Of a stretch of DNA of 64,000 nt, positions 12,986 through 26,948 are shown one piece after another. The DNA lies in assembly GCA_044892525.1 (NCBI GenBank), contig CM097888.1, forward strand, positions 39,742,001-39,806,000, written 5' to 3'. Source of the stretch: Schmidtea polychroa. Lineage: Eukaryota. The stretch's first letter is position 1, and each line of letters begins with the position of its first letter. The notes under the pieces were generated by a model that saw only the letters and a program-made list of their open reading frames with translations, was not told the DNA's origin and made no database searches. Both the position numbers and the translations under genes were made by a program.

Positions 12986-13336
12986 CAGAAATTTTGTGAG
13001 GCCAAATTAACTTACTTTCCATGATTGAATTGAGTTCGTTGATGAGAACACTGCATGATATCAAAAAAGTGGGTTAATTTTAAAAATTATTGATATGTCA
13101 AATCTAGTGTTATTTCTAGGTAGAAGTGAAACCACGATGACTCATCATTAAGGTCAATTTAAGCCATAGAAAATTGTGAGGTCAAGTTAAGGTCAACGTC
13201 ATTTTGAGGACAGCTTAAAGTCAATTTAATCCATTTAAAGGTCAAAGTCGATTTTAGGCAATTTAAGGTCAAATATTAAATATTGAAGTCAAAGTCCCAT
13301 TTCGCATATTTAAGGTTAATTTTAAGGTCATAGAAA
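12986..13336 (+). repeat. Degenerate same-strand array of (TTA)AGGTCA(A) motifs
   Basis: Six exact AGGTCA (13151, 13179, 13190, 13239, 13266, 13325) plus several one-mismatch copies. Repeated ATAGAAAATT segment. Confidence 0.7.
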
Positions 13337-13499
13337 ATTTTATAAATTCCTATCTATTCATTAACTTCGGATTAAAGAGCTAACGTAATTATATCTAAAA
13401 TGTGTTATATAAGTTTGAACCTTATGTCCATATAGGTATTTAAATTGCAAAATAGCATGAACAATTTCCTTGTGGAGATTTCGAGTTGACATTATTCAA

Positions 13500-14676
13500 T
13501 ATATTATATGAAATATTTTGTTCTGATATAAAAATAAAATTTTGGACTTAATACAGGGAAGACTGAGTTTGCATATCTCTAACCAAGGAATCATAATCAG
13601 GTGTATATCCCGACAAAAATATTAATAATGAGTTTCTGTATGGAATCAGTCAGGACAGAACGTTTTTTAGTCTTCGTTAGCTTCAAGTATGAAAATATCG
13701 ATTCGCAAAGGTATGTAGATCCGAAACAAGAATAGATATTAAACATATTAAACAACAGCATTTATCATTCACCGTTGTAAAAGAGTAATCGAGCTCCCAC
13801 TCTTCATTGACGTGATAAGTTTTAGATTTCTTCGGTTTACTACTCATGTTCATGGGTATACTAGAATGCAAAGAAATATGACAATTTAAAGAATAAATAT
13901 TGAATTAAATATTTTCATAGAAAATTCAAAAATTCATGAACTGCGGCAATTATCTCCATTACATTGAAAGAAATAATAACAATTCTGCATACTACAATAG
14001 AGGACAACAAATCTAATTTAGATGTATTCGAATATACAAGAAGTGTATTAAAGTTACAATTTATTTATTACGATTTACAATAATGACCTCTTACGTTAGT
14101 TAAAATTACTGATATTCCTAATATATTTGTAATGCTATCTCGTATTTTTCTCCCAGTGCAATGACCGCAGTTTAAAGATCTGTTGCAGAGAATGCACACT
14201 TATCAAGAAAATAAATAGGTAAGAAAACAATTTAATTTAAAACAAAGAAAATAACATCCATTTTATATAAAAGAAAAATTGAAATACAACGTGATCACTA
14301 AGGATAAATAATATTGCTTAATAATGTCACAGTTAATACAAAAGAAATTAAGCTACTTATGGCCACAAAATATTCAATGTGTTCTTCGACGAGTCGAGTT
14401 GTAACTGTTGCGTTCGCACGTTGTGTTCGGTGACAATGTAGCACATAAGTCAAAATGTATTGTGCTGGGCGAGCGGATATAACAGTGTCTGGTTGTAAGA
14501 ATTCTAGGTATTCATGAACTTGGTAAGTTCGCAGAATTCATTCAACTATTAGCTCAAAGCTTTGTCTTCAAAAATCCCTTCAAAGTCACGGTAGTAAACG
14601 GATTTTTTCCCAAACATTGTGAGAGATCGACGATATACCAAAATCGGCCTCGCGATAGACTTGTTGGTCACCCCTG
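13500..14676 (-). mobile_element. 5' part of a Buster/SPIN-type hAT element (GTF2IRD2/EPM2AIP1-like transposase start)
   Basis: TIR CAGGGGTGACCAAC on the minus strand from 14676, flanked by CTCTAAGT (nnnTAnnn). Peptide MSSKPKKSKTYHVNEEWELDYSFTTVNDKCCCLIC at about 13860. Confidence 0.7.
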
Positions 14677-17600
14677 CTCTAAGTCACTTTGGACATCTTC
14701 AAATTTTGTATCTCACATTAATAGATTAGTTTGGAGTCTTACAAAAATATCTATAATTATTTGAGTCTTAGTTATATTTAATAAAAACCATGTCCTTCAT
14801 TGTTCATAGCTTTGACAAAGTTTTCATCAAACCTGATTCTTTATGAAATGAAATGTTGCTAGGAAAATTCTGTCACACTGAATTAGTGGAGGGTATATAA
14901 TGATCTTTTTTCCTAGAATATGAAGTTCTCTTGGTAGTCATTGTTTGGCAATATAGTGATTTATTAACACCATACGGTTTCTCAAGTGATTATTCAACAA
15001 CTCCTTAATTTTGATCAATTTCTCAGAATGGTTCTCTCATGAAATTGACAAAACTAATAACACATATTATGTCGTTGGTCACTTATATTTTATATTTATG
15101 TGATTACTGTGTAAGTAATCAGTTTGAATGTCTTTCAATTTTCTCATCAGTTACACATATAATATTGGCAAAATGAACCTTTTTGTCATTTTCATTTGCA
15201 ACATTGATTGATACAAATTAACCAATTCTCTAAAGTGATTTACCAATTATTAACCGTTTAATTATCTGGCACCGACACTTGACAGAATGGCTAGCTTATG
15301 GACATTGAGTGTCATAAGCAAGTTTTTAGCCACTTCATCTTTAATTGACCATGAAAAGGTTGGCTTACATCTGAATATTATCTTGTTAAACAATGCTCAA
15401 CAAAACCACTTCAACCTTCTCTCAAATTATGTTACAAGATTTGATGCTGTGTGAAGAAACGATAAAAATTAAAAATCTAGTGATAAGTATAATAAAAATT
15501 ACAAATGACACTTAATTTTCATTAAATTGTATTTTGAAGATACTCTTACTCCTGTACTTTTTTTTGATTTTTTATATATGAAATTGCTACTGGAAAATAT
15601 TTTTTTCGATATTTTACAAATAAATAAAATTTTTGTAAGAATTTATAGTTTAAGCAAGTTTAGTTAAAAGCTTTAGGATTTTAAGCAAAAATAAGGTTAA
15701 AAAATATTTTTAAAAATTTTAAAATTTAATAAAATCGGTTTAAAATTTTTGTGAAGAATCAAATGAAGTGTAAATTTGTGGTTTTGTTGTGTGAAATTTT
15801 TACAGTTCAATTTGTTCAGTATTTATTCAGAGGGGTAGCGAAATAACCAGTTTCATAGGGTACTAAAATTTTGGTTAAAACAACTAAATTTTTTAAAACA
15901 ATTTTTGCTAGAACAATTGGAAATCAGAAGTTGTGTAGAAAGTTCGTTTTACTGATTTTAACAGCTGAGAAATATAAATGTAGTTATCGAAAAAAACAAT
16001 CTTCGCCTGGTAGATGACATTGGCATCAGTTTTATGTTAAATACCTGACTTAGAAAACATTTTTGATCTCATAATTTTGACTCCAAAGAAACCATTAAAG
16101 GTGGTCTATTCAAACAGTTTACATTGCAAATGTATTCTGTTGAGATTATTTTGAAATTCCCAATGAGTCTTGAATATATATCTTAACTATTTTGATCATA
16201 CCAACAATATAAGTGAATTTTTATTGAATTTTTCGATATATTATAAGTTATAATTTATAACCTCTGCAAATCTCTTTCTCTAATCTTGAAATACTCGATA
16301 GGTTTCTTTTTCAGAAGTTCGTGGACGATCACTGTCTGATTCAAACTTATTATAAAAATGTATCCATACTTTGTACATGTTGCCAACTTTCTAACTTCAA
16401 TAGTGTCACATCAATTTAAACAAAAATTAAATTAAAAAATAAAATTTATTTAACAAAAATAGTCATCTAACTCCTCATGAGTGTATTTATTATTAGATGT
16501 TGAAAATATAATTTAAATTATATATACATAAAATCAATTAATATTATAACCAATCCATAATAAAAATACTAATAAACTCCAATTCATATACTACTCACAA
16601 ACTGTAATCAAATCATTGTATTTCTTAATTAAATTGTTGATCAACTAATAGACCAAACGGCTCCTCCCAAGCTGTTTGTTCGTGGAAACTAGTTAATCGA
16701 TCGGCCAATTCTCCTCATATCAGCATATCCGCTGCTCTGGTAGACAGCTAAATGCAATTTGTCCAGTCAATTTGCCCACTCGACCACTCATTGACAATTA
16801 TTGATCATTCACGCCATTTCCTCTAATCGAATATTGCCATCAATCAAGTATCGATTATTTGACCAATTGCACCGAATCCTAATTGGCCAATCAATCGATT
16901 GGTAATAATAATTGATTTTCGCACTAATCCAATTATCGAATATCATTAATTAATTATTTCAACGGAAAACAATGAAAAATAACGAAGTTAATATTTAATT
17001 GCTAAATGTGATGATTTCTAGATTGCTAAAAGCTGAATTCATTTCGTTATTTGTTGATTCTTTGGAATTTCGGTAATTAGCAAGTTTCGGAATTTTCCCG
17101 GGTGTCCCTTGAATGAGGCTATTTTGGTTTTTGAAAACAAGTGAAATATGGATTTTGATATTTTTACAGTTCATTCTTTGAATTTGTAATATTTTTCCTA
17201 CGAGACTTTCAAATAGAGTTAGAAATTCTTTTTAGCGTNNNNNNNNNNNNNNNNNNNNNNNNNNNNNNNNNNNNNNNNNNNNNNNNNNNNNNNNNNNNNN
17301 NNNNNNNNNNNNNNNNNNNNNNNNNNNNNNNNNNNNNNNNNNNNNNNNNNNNNNNNNNNNNNNNNNNNNNNNNNNNNNNNNNNNNNNNNNNNNNNNNNNN
17401 NNNNNNNNNNNNNNNNNNNNNNNNNNNNNNNNNNNNNNNNNNNNNNNNNNNNNNNNNNNNNNNNNNNNNNNNNNNNNNNNNNNNNNNNNNNNNNNNNNNN
17501 NNNNAGTCTTGTATTTATTTTGTGTCACTCATGAATTGCAGTTATGCTGGAAAAGTGAGTTTGAAAATTTATATAATTTATTTCTATTTCCAATTGTAGA

Positions 17601-17849
17601 TGAGCAATTCGGCTTTTTTAAATCAATGTACTGAATGAAGAAATTAATTGAATAAGGATACGACAGGCTTTAAAGGTAAGCCAGGAATGAAACCTGGTGT
17701 TCCAGCCAAGATAAGAAATACATCTAAAACCCTTACGTATATTGCGCTTCTCACAGATTAAACTTAATTAAACTTAATTTAAGAAGTTCATGAGACAATT
17801 GATATTATAAAATTTATTTTAAGAAAGTCCGAAATGAAGAGTCGTCTTC

Positions 17850-18200
17850 ACAATAATTCTTTTACTTTCAGAAACTAAATTGACGCTTAAATATCAAATT
17901 AAGCCGGTATCTTTAAAGAATTGTCAATCCAATTTCAGAAATTTAGAGAAAATATCTCTGAACATCAAGCAGCGTATTTAAACCATTTCTATGAAAGTTT
18001 TTTAACGTAAATATAAATTGCATCTGCTCTCTACAAAATTTTCTGTAATTCAATAAATTTGGTCTGTAACCCTTCTATCTTTGCAACTAAATACTGATAA
18101 GTTATTGAAAACAACTTCAAAGTATAGGTATACTACTTACAATCATAATTTTTAAAATCCTTTATTTTAAGTATAAATTTCAATCATCTATTCAAAAAAA
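17850..18200 (-). mobile_element. Possible LINE 3' fossil
   Basis: Minus-strand KIEGLQTKF...RADAIYIY resembles the KIE.VQR.FTK...R.DLI..YK motif of CR1/L2 elements. Heavily decayed. Confidence 0.3.
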
Positions 18201-18976
18201 GAACTTTTATATGAAAAAGAGAACTCAAATTTTAATTGCAATTAAATTTAACTGTTCAACTTTTAGAAATAAATGTGGAAAGTTGGAATTTTGTTATAAT
18301 TTAATGGTTTTTTACAGTAAAAACTTCTCAACAGAACTTTCAGAAGAGATCAGTTTACCTTGTACTCACAATGCCTTTAATTAAACCTTTAACATATCTT
18401 TACCAAACTCCAAATTTTAAACTTGAATTAATTGATTATTTTCTTACAAATCAATTCCACCAAATAATTATGTCATTCATTTTGAAAATAAACCACCTAA
18501 TGAAAGACTAGAGTTGATTAAACGGGAAATGAAGCCGAAACATTATTCACTACTTCAATTAAAACAAAGGAATTTTTTTAATAATTCGATTACAGATTTA
18601 TCGTGAAAAATTGCATTATCTAGTTACAGGGAAAAATATTTGATGAATATCTGAATGAATTATTTGTTTAAAATGTTAATTTCACTAATTCCTTAATAAA
18701 TTCCAATAAATTAATTAAACTGAAAAATCATTTAATTTTCAACTACCAATCAATGGATATTTGTTTATTTGATTGAAGAAAAATTCAGACTAAAAATTAT
18801 CAAGCATCAAAAGAAAATTGATAATTAACAGCTTCTACAATTTTAACAGCAAAAACCACTACAGAATTCCAACGATTTCATTGGATAGAATTTAACGGTG
18901 AACAAGCCAATAGAAAATACAATATGATTTCAATTGTAATAAGAACAAATGTATCAAATTGGTGATTTATTTAACA

Positions 18977-19535
18977 ATGGAAAATGAAATTAATAAACGT
19001 TACAATATTGACGATATTCTAGGAATACAAGATCAGAAATCATTAATGATAAACAACTATCAGCATCAATCAGTAGAAAGTAAACTTCATATTTAGTTTT
19101 TCATGTTCCTACTCATATATTTGCTTCTTTTCTAGATGAAATGTGCGATAATTATCAAAATAAAGAAATTTCAGTGAATAAAAGAGAGTTGCTGTTGGGG
19201 AAAAGATGCCCGAAAGACAGCTCAGAACAATCTCCTGCTATCAGTGAAGCTGATGAGACAGAATCATCGCCAGATCGATTGAGCAATTGCAACAAAAAAC
19301 ACAGAAGAAATCGAACCACTTTCACGACATATCAGCTTCATGAATTAGAAAGAGCATTTGAAAAGAGTCATTATCCAGATGTTTATAGTCGGGAGGAATT
19401 GGCAATGAAAATTAGTTTACCTGAGGTTCGGGTTCAGGTAAATACAAAATGAAAAATTATATTAATTTTTATAAATTATTATTTTTCAAATTATGAAATG
19501 CACAAAATAAATATTAATGTTTTTTAAATAATAAA

Positions 19536-19598
<63 letters not shown>

Positions 19599-22500
19599 AT
19601 AATTAAAACAATTAATGGTTAAATATTGTCAATTAAAGATGATTAGTTTCTATAATACTGATTTTATTGTAGAACTCTTTATTTTTTATTAAAACTGGAC
19701 CAAGATACTGACAGAACAAATACACGAGTTTAATAATTATGGCTTAGGTTAATACAAAGATGGAATGACAAGCATATTGTAGAATAAATATAAACCAGAA
19801 AGTATTAGGTCTGAACTGTGTTCTGGTTGAGGTAAAGATTCTATATTATTTTTTGACAGAAGGTTTAATTATATATTTATTACAAATTTCTAATCTTCGT
19901 TGTTTGCGACTTTCTGTTAATTTATGTAGTACTTCTAGGTATCATTGTGATTTCTTACCAATTAAATGAAGATGACAACAAAAGGTTTTCGATTCATATT
20001 TAATTTACGAAGAAGTTCTTAAACACCTTGACGAATTATCTTCTGTAGTATTCTACTTCCTTTCATGTTTTAGATCTTCAGAAAATTCTTAAACTAACAC
20101 TGAGTTGTACTTTTTAATAAAGTCTTCACCTTCAATATCATATACTTTCTAACATTCTCGAAGACATTAAAATATCGTTTTTCGTTGTGTCTAAGAATAA
20201 ATAATATTTCCATTGTTTCTTAACTGATATTGAAACAATTATAAAGCTAAATAAATAAATGCATTAAAGTGTTAAACATAATTTTTTCATAGACTAAATT
20301 CATCGTTTAATTATGAGATATTTACTTTATTCATGATTTAAAAAAACAATGGCAAAATATGAATCAGAACTATCAAAGCCGTTTGACCTTCTAGGCCACT
20401 TATACTAAAAATATTTTGCCAAGGGTCAATATAATTAAAAAAAGTAAATTGAGAAAAAAATAATAAAAGTTTTTCCAATACATACTTTTAATTATCAGGT
20501 GTCAAATTTTATTTTTTAATTAATTTTGAAATGAAAAATTAATTAATTATTAAATAAAAGAAAAATAAGATATTTGTTTTCATTAATTTAAAAAATACAA
20601 TGAGACCATATTTGATCCACAGGCTGCCCGTTTTCTGTGTCGCCCAATATTTCAAGAACAGAAAATAAAGGTTTCCACGAAATCAAAAAATGTCAAATAG
20701 ACTCTATTTAATAGAGGAATGCTGATTGTCAAGATTATTATAGGAAAAAGAATTGGAATAATGTTTGTTGTAGAAAATAATAATTTTAAAATATTTATAT
20801 TAACAGAAAATGTTGGTTAAAATAATTGAATTTCTAATTAAAATAGATTTTTTAAATCGTGTAATTTATTTATTACTAAATTCACTTGATCATATAAGCC
20901 AATCGGACATGAATAAAAAATGTGTTAAATTTATTTGAATCATTTGATGAGGTGAACACGAAGATAACCGAATGGTTCGACAAATTCGATTTATTATGCT
21001 CTAACGAAAAAGTGTAATCTGCTCTCTTTGATGAAAGAGCAAGCCTTTATTACATTAAAAAGTATTTGAAAATGAAGAAACAACATATGGAAACGCAGAA
21101 AATACTTTAATTTGGACATTTATTCACCTCCGAGAAATTGGTTTTAACATAAGAATAAGTAAGACGTTTCAAATCGGAGACAACGTTACCATAAATTTAT
21201 CTAAGATAGAAAATTATTAGCCTTAAAAACAAAATCATTTCGCATTTATAAAGCGTAAAGTTTTGAATATGAAAATTTATTTCGCTCGTAATTTTCCGTA
21301 CCAAAAGATTATTCAGTGTGCGACATCCGAAATCCTTGGACAATTTCTCGATATTACAAAAAAGGATCAATAATATTGAAACGTTTTTAAAGAGAAGTCA
21401 TAATGCAGAAGGATCCGAATGAGGGGTCAGCTGCTATAGATATGTCACTATTGATTGTTTGATTTCCCGGAAACTCATCCAGTGCTATTGATACATTAGG
21501 ATGGGTAATAATTAAAGAATATTTCAATATTGGATATGAGTTAAAATATCCAAATGTCCCAAATATGAATAAAACAGAAGATATCATTATTCAAAGCAAC
21601 AATTTTGAAGCAAAGTTCAATAAAAATATATTACGTCTTGGAACTGGCTTATCGAACTTCCCATACTGATGTCAGACAGGCACTTCAAACTGAATCCATT
21701 CAAAGAGACAATGGAATACAAAAAATGCCTATTTGGATGACATATTTATTGATGAAGAAATAGTTTCCACTGAAGAAGAAAAAACTTGATTAATCAAATT
21801 CAATTTGACAGCAAAAGAAATTGAACGTCCAACAGGAATGAAAGCGCTGGAGAATACTGGATTATCAGCGAACGTTGAAAATTATATGTCCAAGTCAAAA
21901 CGAGCCAATGCTATTCCCAGTACCAGGTTAGTCAAGACTATCATGCTCTTACCTCTTTAATTTAATAATTAAAATAGAGGCAAATAAATATGATTACAAA
22001 AGGAAAGTTATTGGGAACCGCATTGAGGAGCAGGAAATTATCCAAGGAATTGAAATTGAGTGGATAAACAAGATGAGCAACTGTATAAAAAGAATATTAT
22101 AGGTAAAATTTTGTAGGATTGGTCAAAAAGCGAACGATTTTGAAAGCTGGAAATTGGTCGTGACATTATTATAAAAGTGATTAAGAAAATATTATAATTT
22201 TTGTCATTGGAAAAGAATGTATAAGTTATAAACAAAAAATAATAACTCTTAAGTCTAGTAGTTTACAGTAAACCATCTATAGTGGCCATACCTTTTGATC
22301 GGGTAAGCTAAATATGGAAATGATTATGAAGGAGCCTAAAATTTGATAGGAGTAGCACTTTCAAAGACGCGACTCAAACGGTTGAGTATGTATTTTGCAC
22401 TGTCAACCAAAACTGTATTAATTAATTTATTTTCTAAAAAATTTATTTCCCCCTCTACATATGTCGACATTCCAATAACCACAACATCCTTATTTCTACA

Positions 22501-25500
22501 GCAAAATAACAGTCAAATTATTTTTTCAATGAATCTAAATGTAACCACTCATGGTTTATTTTATTTTTAATAATAAAGGTTTTCAAAGACTCGAAGTAAT
22601 CATATGTAGGGTTTTGAATATATCTTTCCCATAATGAAAATTTCTTGACAGAACGCAGAATTATATTTATACATAGACAATATAGCAGTTCCATTCTCAA
22701 TCTTGTAAATAATAATTCAGTTCATTGAGTTTTGAAAATATGTCTTCATTATATGAAGGCATTTGTACAAACTTCTCATCATGTAATAATTTTAAGTTTT
22801 CGTTTAAACGGTTTGTTTTTGTTCTCATCATTTCCCACGCTCTAGGAACCCTTGTAGGATATAGATGTTAAACATTACAAAAATTTCCATTTTTATTTTT
22901 TTATAAATATTAGAATGCAATGCTGTTTTGTTTTGTTTTCTTCGTTCAATATGTGAAAGATGAAAAGTCATTTTGTTGCAATTTACAAATCATGAAAGTG
23001 TTTTACTTCAGTTTTTTGCTACCTACCATTGCGACTATATATAAATTCTAAGTGACCTACTTTTTATATTTGTTTAAATGAATGATTTTTCAGGAGTCAA
23101 TTCTTTTATATTACAAATGTTTTTTTTATTTTCTAAACATTAATTATTTTTGAAACTTTCGAAATTATAAAGTGGCACCTTACAATTTATACATTTTCCA
23201 TATATTTTTTCTTCTTTTTTCTTTTTGCCTGAATTGGTATCTAATTAAAATTAAGGAAATCTTTCAAGAGTAGGAAAATAATGTATATTTAATTTTAATA
23301 CGATTATGTTAATTTAATCTTTAATTATTATACTATGGGTAGCCCGGAAAAACGACTGAAATTATTTTATTAAATATTTAAAATGAAATACTAAAAATAA
23401 TTTTAATAAAGGCTTTTATTACTTTTTTTAATTCAGTAATCTTAAAGGTAGTTTGTTTAATTTAATATTTANNNNNNNNNNNNNNNNNNNNNNNNNNNNN
23501 NNNNNNNNNNNNNNNNNNNNNNNNNNNNNNNNNNNNNNNNNNNNNNNNNNNNNNNNNNNNNNNNNNNNNNNNNNNNNNNNNNNNNNNNNNNNNNNNNNNN
23601 NNNNNNNNNNNNNNNNNNNNNNNNNNNNNNNNATACTTTCATAAAAACAAATTCTTCGAAGACTTTATAATATGATTTTAAAACGAGCTTATTATTATTA
23701 TTATAAATTAAAAAAAATAATTCATTTTAATATTCAACATTTATTTGTTTTAATTATTATTATTTCCATTAAATGACCAAGTAAACTCATCATCATCAAA
23801 TTTTTTCTATAAAATTGACTATTTCTCTTTTTTTAAGTTGATTAAAACGATTTCTAACAAAACTGAATACTACAGCTGGCTAAAAAATAAATAAATAAAA
23901 ATCCCATTATTTGATATGAAAAGAAAAATATTATTAATATCAACATCACGACGAATCACAAAAGCATCAACAAACTGACCATCTTATTTCACCACTTAAT
24001 TATATATATGAATTCAAAGGCTTTTTCCGAGTTATCTTTTTTTCTGCTCTGTAGTCTCTAATTATGTTTGTAGCTAGCCCCAACTAATTGTTCAATTTAT
24101 CTCTCCTTCAATGCTCTTAACGAGTTTAACTATCTAGTAAACTGTAAATTCATTATCAATTCCTCACCATCAAAAGAAAAAACGATGGTCTTTTGAATTG
24201 TATTTTCTCTTTTTCTCAGATCAATTAGCTCAAGAAACATGTATAAATTCAGCCAAACAATTGGAGAAACAAATTGACTTCAGAGACAAAATGGTCATTT
24301 TGTACTTAAATATGCTAATTATTTACAAGATTAAAAATAATTAACCCTAATTACGTCTTGCTACTTTCTCTTAACTTTACTTTGACCATTCCTAATTGTA
24401 CAAGTAGAGATAAAATTTTCGCATAAACCTCTTATGGCAAAAAGAAAACACTAATAAATCGACGCGAAATATCTTGAAATTCAAATATATATCTTTCAAA
24501 CAAACAAAAAAAACAAATCTTTTTTTTACCGTTAAAAAAATATTTCAATAAAAAAATACCACTTGCTGATATCATCAATAAAATAAAGAGAAATAAAATA
24601 AAAAATTCCAGTTCAAATTTTTTTTGATCGAGTAAAACAAAAATGAAATTTGTATTCAATTACGATTTATAAGTAAATTGATTAATGAAGTGGAGAAGCA
24701 ACCGAGAAATCGAGAGATAGAGAGAGAGAGAGAGAGGTTGAACAACGGGGAAAATGCAAAGTTTACGTTTTTTTAATAAAACGCGGGTTATTTAATAAAG
24801 TTGTGCGATTGCAGGAAATGGGGGAGAGATTAATTATATTATTTAATAATAGACTAATTTTTCTAGTGCCCTATTATTACGAGGAGCGTTCGAATAATGA
24901 GATAATGGAAAAGATGATTGAAATGATTTAGCTATTACTTACCATTGGAACTTGGTGATTCTGGATTATTTCTATTTTTTCGGAAACCTTACTTTCATTT
25001 CTTTCAACAGTTACAGTTGGGAAAATAATTGAATTCAGAGACATCTATTCATTAGCGATTAATCGTAATTTGTATTTTAATTTTCTACTAATTTTTGTCA
25101 AGGATTAATTGAAGCGTTGCAAGCATAGATTATTAAATTCATGAATTAATTATAAAATCGTTATTGATTTTTTTTCAAAGAATTTGTATGAGGAGGGAAG
25201 GGAGTTCCAGAATCACTCAGTAGCCTTTGAGGTTTCTCTCATTCAGAGAATGATAAATTATGCATCAAGATGTGTTTAATTCAATTAAACCTTTGTATTG
25301 TCTTTTCATTGATTCAGCACCTTTTCTAGAAATGAATTTTTCTAAGTTGTAAAAAAGGAGGAGAGGTGTAACTATCGATTTACACGTTAGTAAATAAAAT
25401 TAAAACATTTTTTTGGAATGTATATAGTGCCATTACTAATAGAACGTGTCACAGGGTTTATTTTTCAAGTGCATTAAACAGATCTAGTAACAGTGGTTAT

Positions 25501-26948
25501 TTACATTTTAATGACCAACTGAATGTCTGTACTATATTGAAATCTAATTAAATGTATTATTGAGACGTATATACGTATGTACTATTCTAAAAATCCAAAG
25601 TTTCCTAGAGCTGATTGAAAAATATAACATTAGTTTTTTACAAGAAAGCACCAATCAAACATTCGTTTCACGATATATTTCGACAGTTTTCTTGTAGGAT
25701 ATAATAACTATTGAAATTATAGATTTTTGAACAAATTTATTAATTGTATTAATTATTAATTATATCAAATTTTTTAAAAATATTTTATTCTTTAAAAATT
25801 ATAAAAATTATAATTCAAATATATTATTTATTTTAAATTTTAACAATCAAATATAAAATTTTAATATATTGAAATTTAGTTTAATAATTTAATAATTATT
25901 TAATTTAACCACAACAATCCATACATACAATATAGAAAGATTATTTAAACACATTTAAAACACAAGTATTGACTTTATCAATAACGCCTCACAAATTACA
26001 CGTTCCCAATAATTATCGAAATTTTTTAATAAAATTTGAAAATCAGATATACCTATTTTACTCTTACAGCCCTTATTGTGGTCAATGCCTTCGTCTATAA
26101 TGTTCTAGGCCGATTTGCGCTTTCTTATAATTAAATCGTTGCCATGTATGTTTAACTATTTATTATTTTTTTAATTTAATCTTAATCATAGTTTCATTAT
26201 AATAACTTAAAAAATGTGAGCAATGAAAGAAACCGGACACTAAAACACTGGAGCCCGAAAATTAAAACTAGTAAATTTATATAAAACATTTTATTTAATT
26301 TTGAGGTTTTGTGCTTGTTTTATGGTATAAAAGAACGACGCGTTGCGAATATATCTCAATTTTTATAAACAATAATGTACCCTTCTAAAGAGTTCAGAAT
26401 TATCGGAGGGAGGGGTAAGGATTTTTACCTCTCTATTATAATATTTTCTATTATATAGAGGAAAATATTTGAGATACATAAGTAAAAATATATTTACAAT
26501 ACTCATATAATATGTTAATAATTATCCTTTTATTCAGGTTTGGTTTCAAAATAGAAGAGCAAAATGGAGACGACAAGAAAAAATTGAAGCCGCTAATCAC
26601 ACTCACAATTTACAAGAGGTTTTTCCCAATGTTGGCAAATCACTGACTTCCGGTCTATTTCCTTCTAATCCTTATCCGTTCTTAAACATGTCTCTACCAA
26701 ATGTTGAATCGACATCGTTTTTCTATCATCAAAATGGAATGCTGAATCCCATGTCAATGGTAAACAATTTGGGATTCAATAATTTCACATCAATCAATTT
26801 GGAGCCTCCAAAGGTTCCAATGACTTTATCCTATGGACTATTCAATGAATTTTCCAATTTTCTCTCAGCAAGATCTTCATCAAAAGATCTTAACTCAAAC
26901 AGCAAAACTTGTTCAATTCGCTCATCAGATAACATTAATGGAGAATGA
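18977..26948 (+). CDS. rx: Retinal homeobox protein (paired-like Q50 homeodomain), 271 aa
   Basis: Exons 18977-19079, 19136-19437 and 26538-26948, GT-AG and phase-consistent. Octapeptide YNIDDILG. Homeodomain [48 protein letters not shown]|[15 protein letters not shown] is the Rx/Rax signature, with the conserved helix-3 intron position. Confidence 0.93.
19538..19597. repeat. (TTA)20 microsatellite in rx intron 2
   Basis: Pure trinucleotide run. Confidence 0.95.
20960..21950 (+). mobile_element. Possible Gypsy-like gag fossil in rx intron 2
   Basis: [28 protein letters not shown] resembles a retrotransposon gag N-terminus. A degenerate zinc-knuckle-like [14 protein letters not shown] lies near 21320. 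Confidence 0.35.
22300..22830 (-). mobile_element. Buster/Charlie hAT transposase C-terminal fossil in rx intron 2
   Basis: [38 protein letters not shown]...LHLDSLKK and [20 protein letters not shown] match ZBED5/FAM200-like motifs. Confidence 0.7.

Noticed and set aside
17675-17720. GFKGKPGMK as a collagen fragment
   Set aside because: Only three Gly-X-Y triplets and no supporting exon structure.
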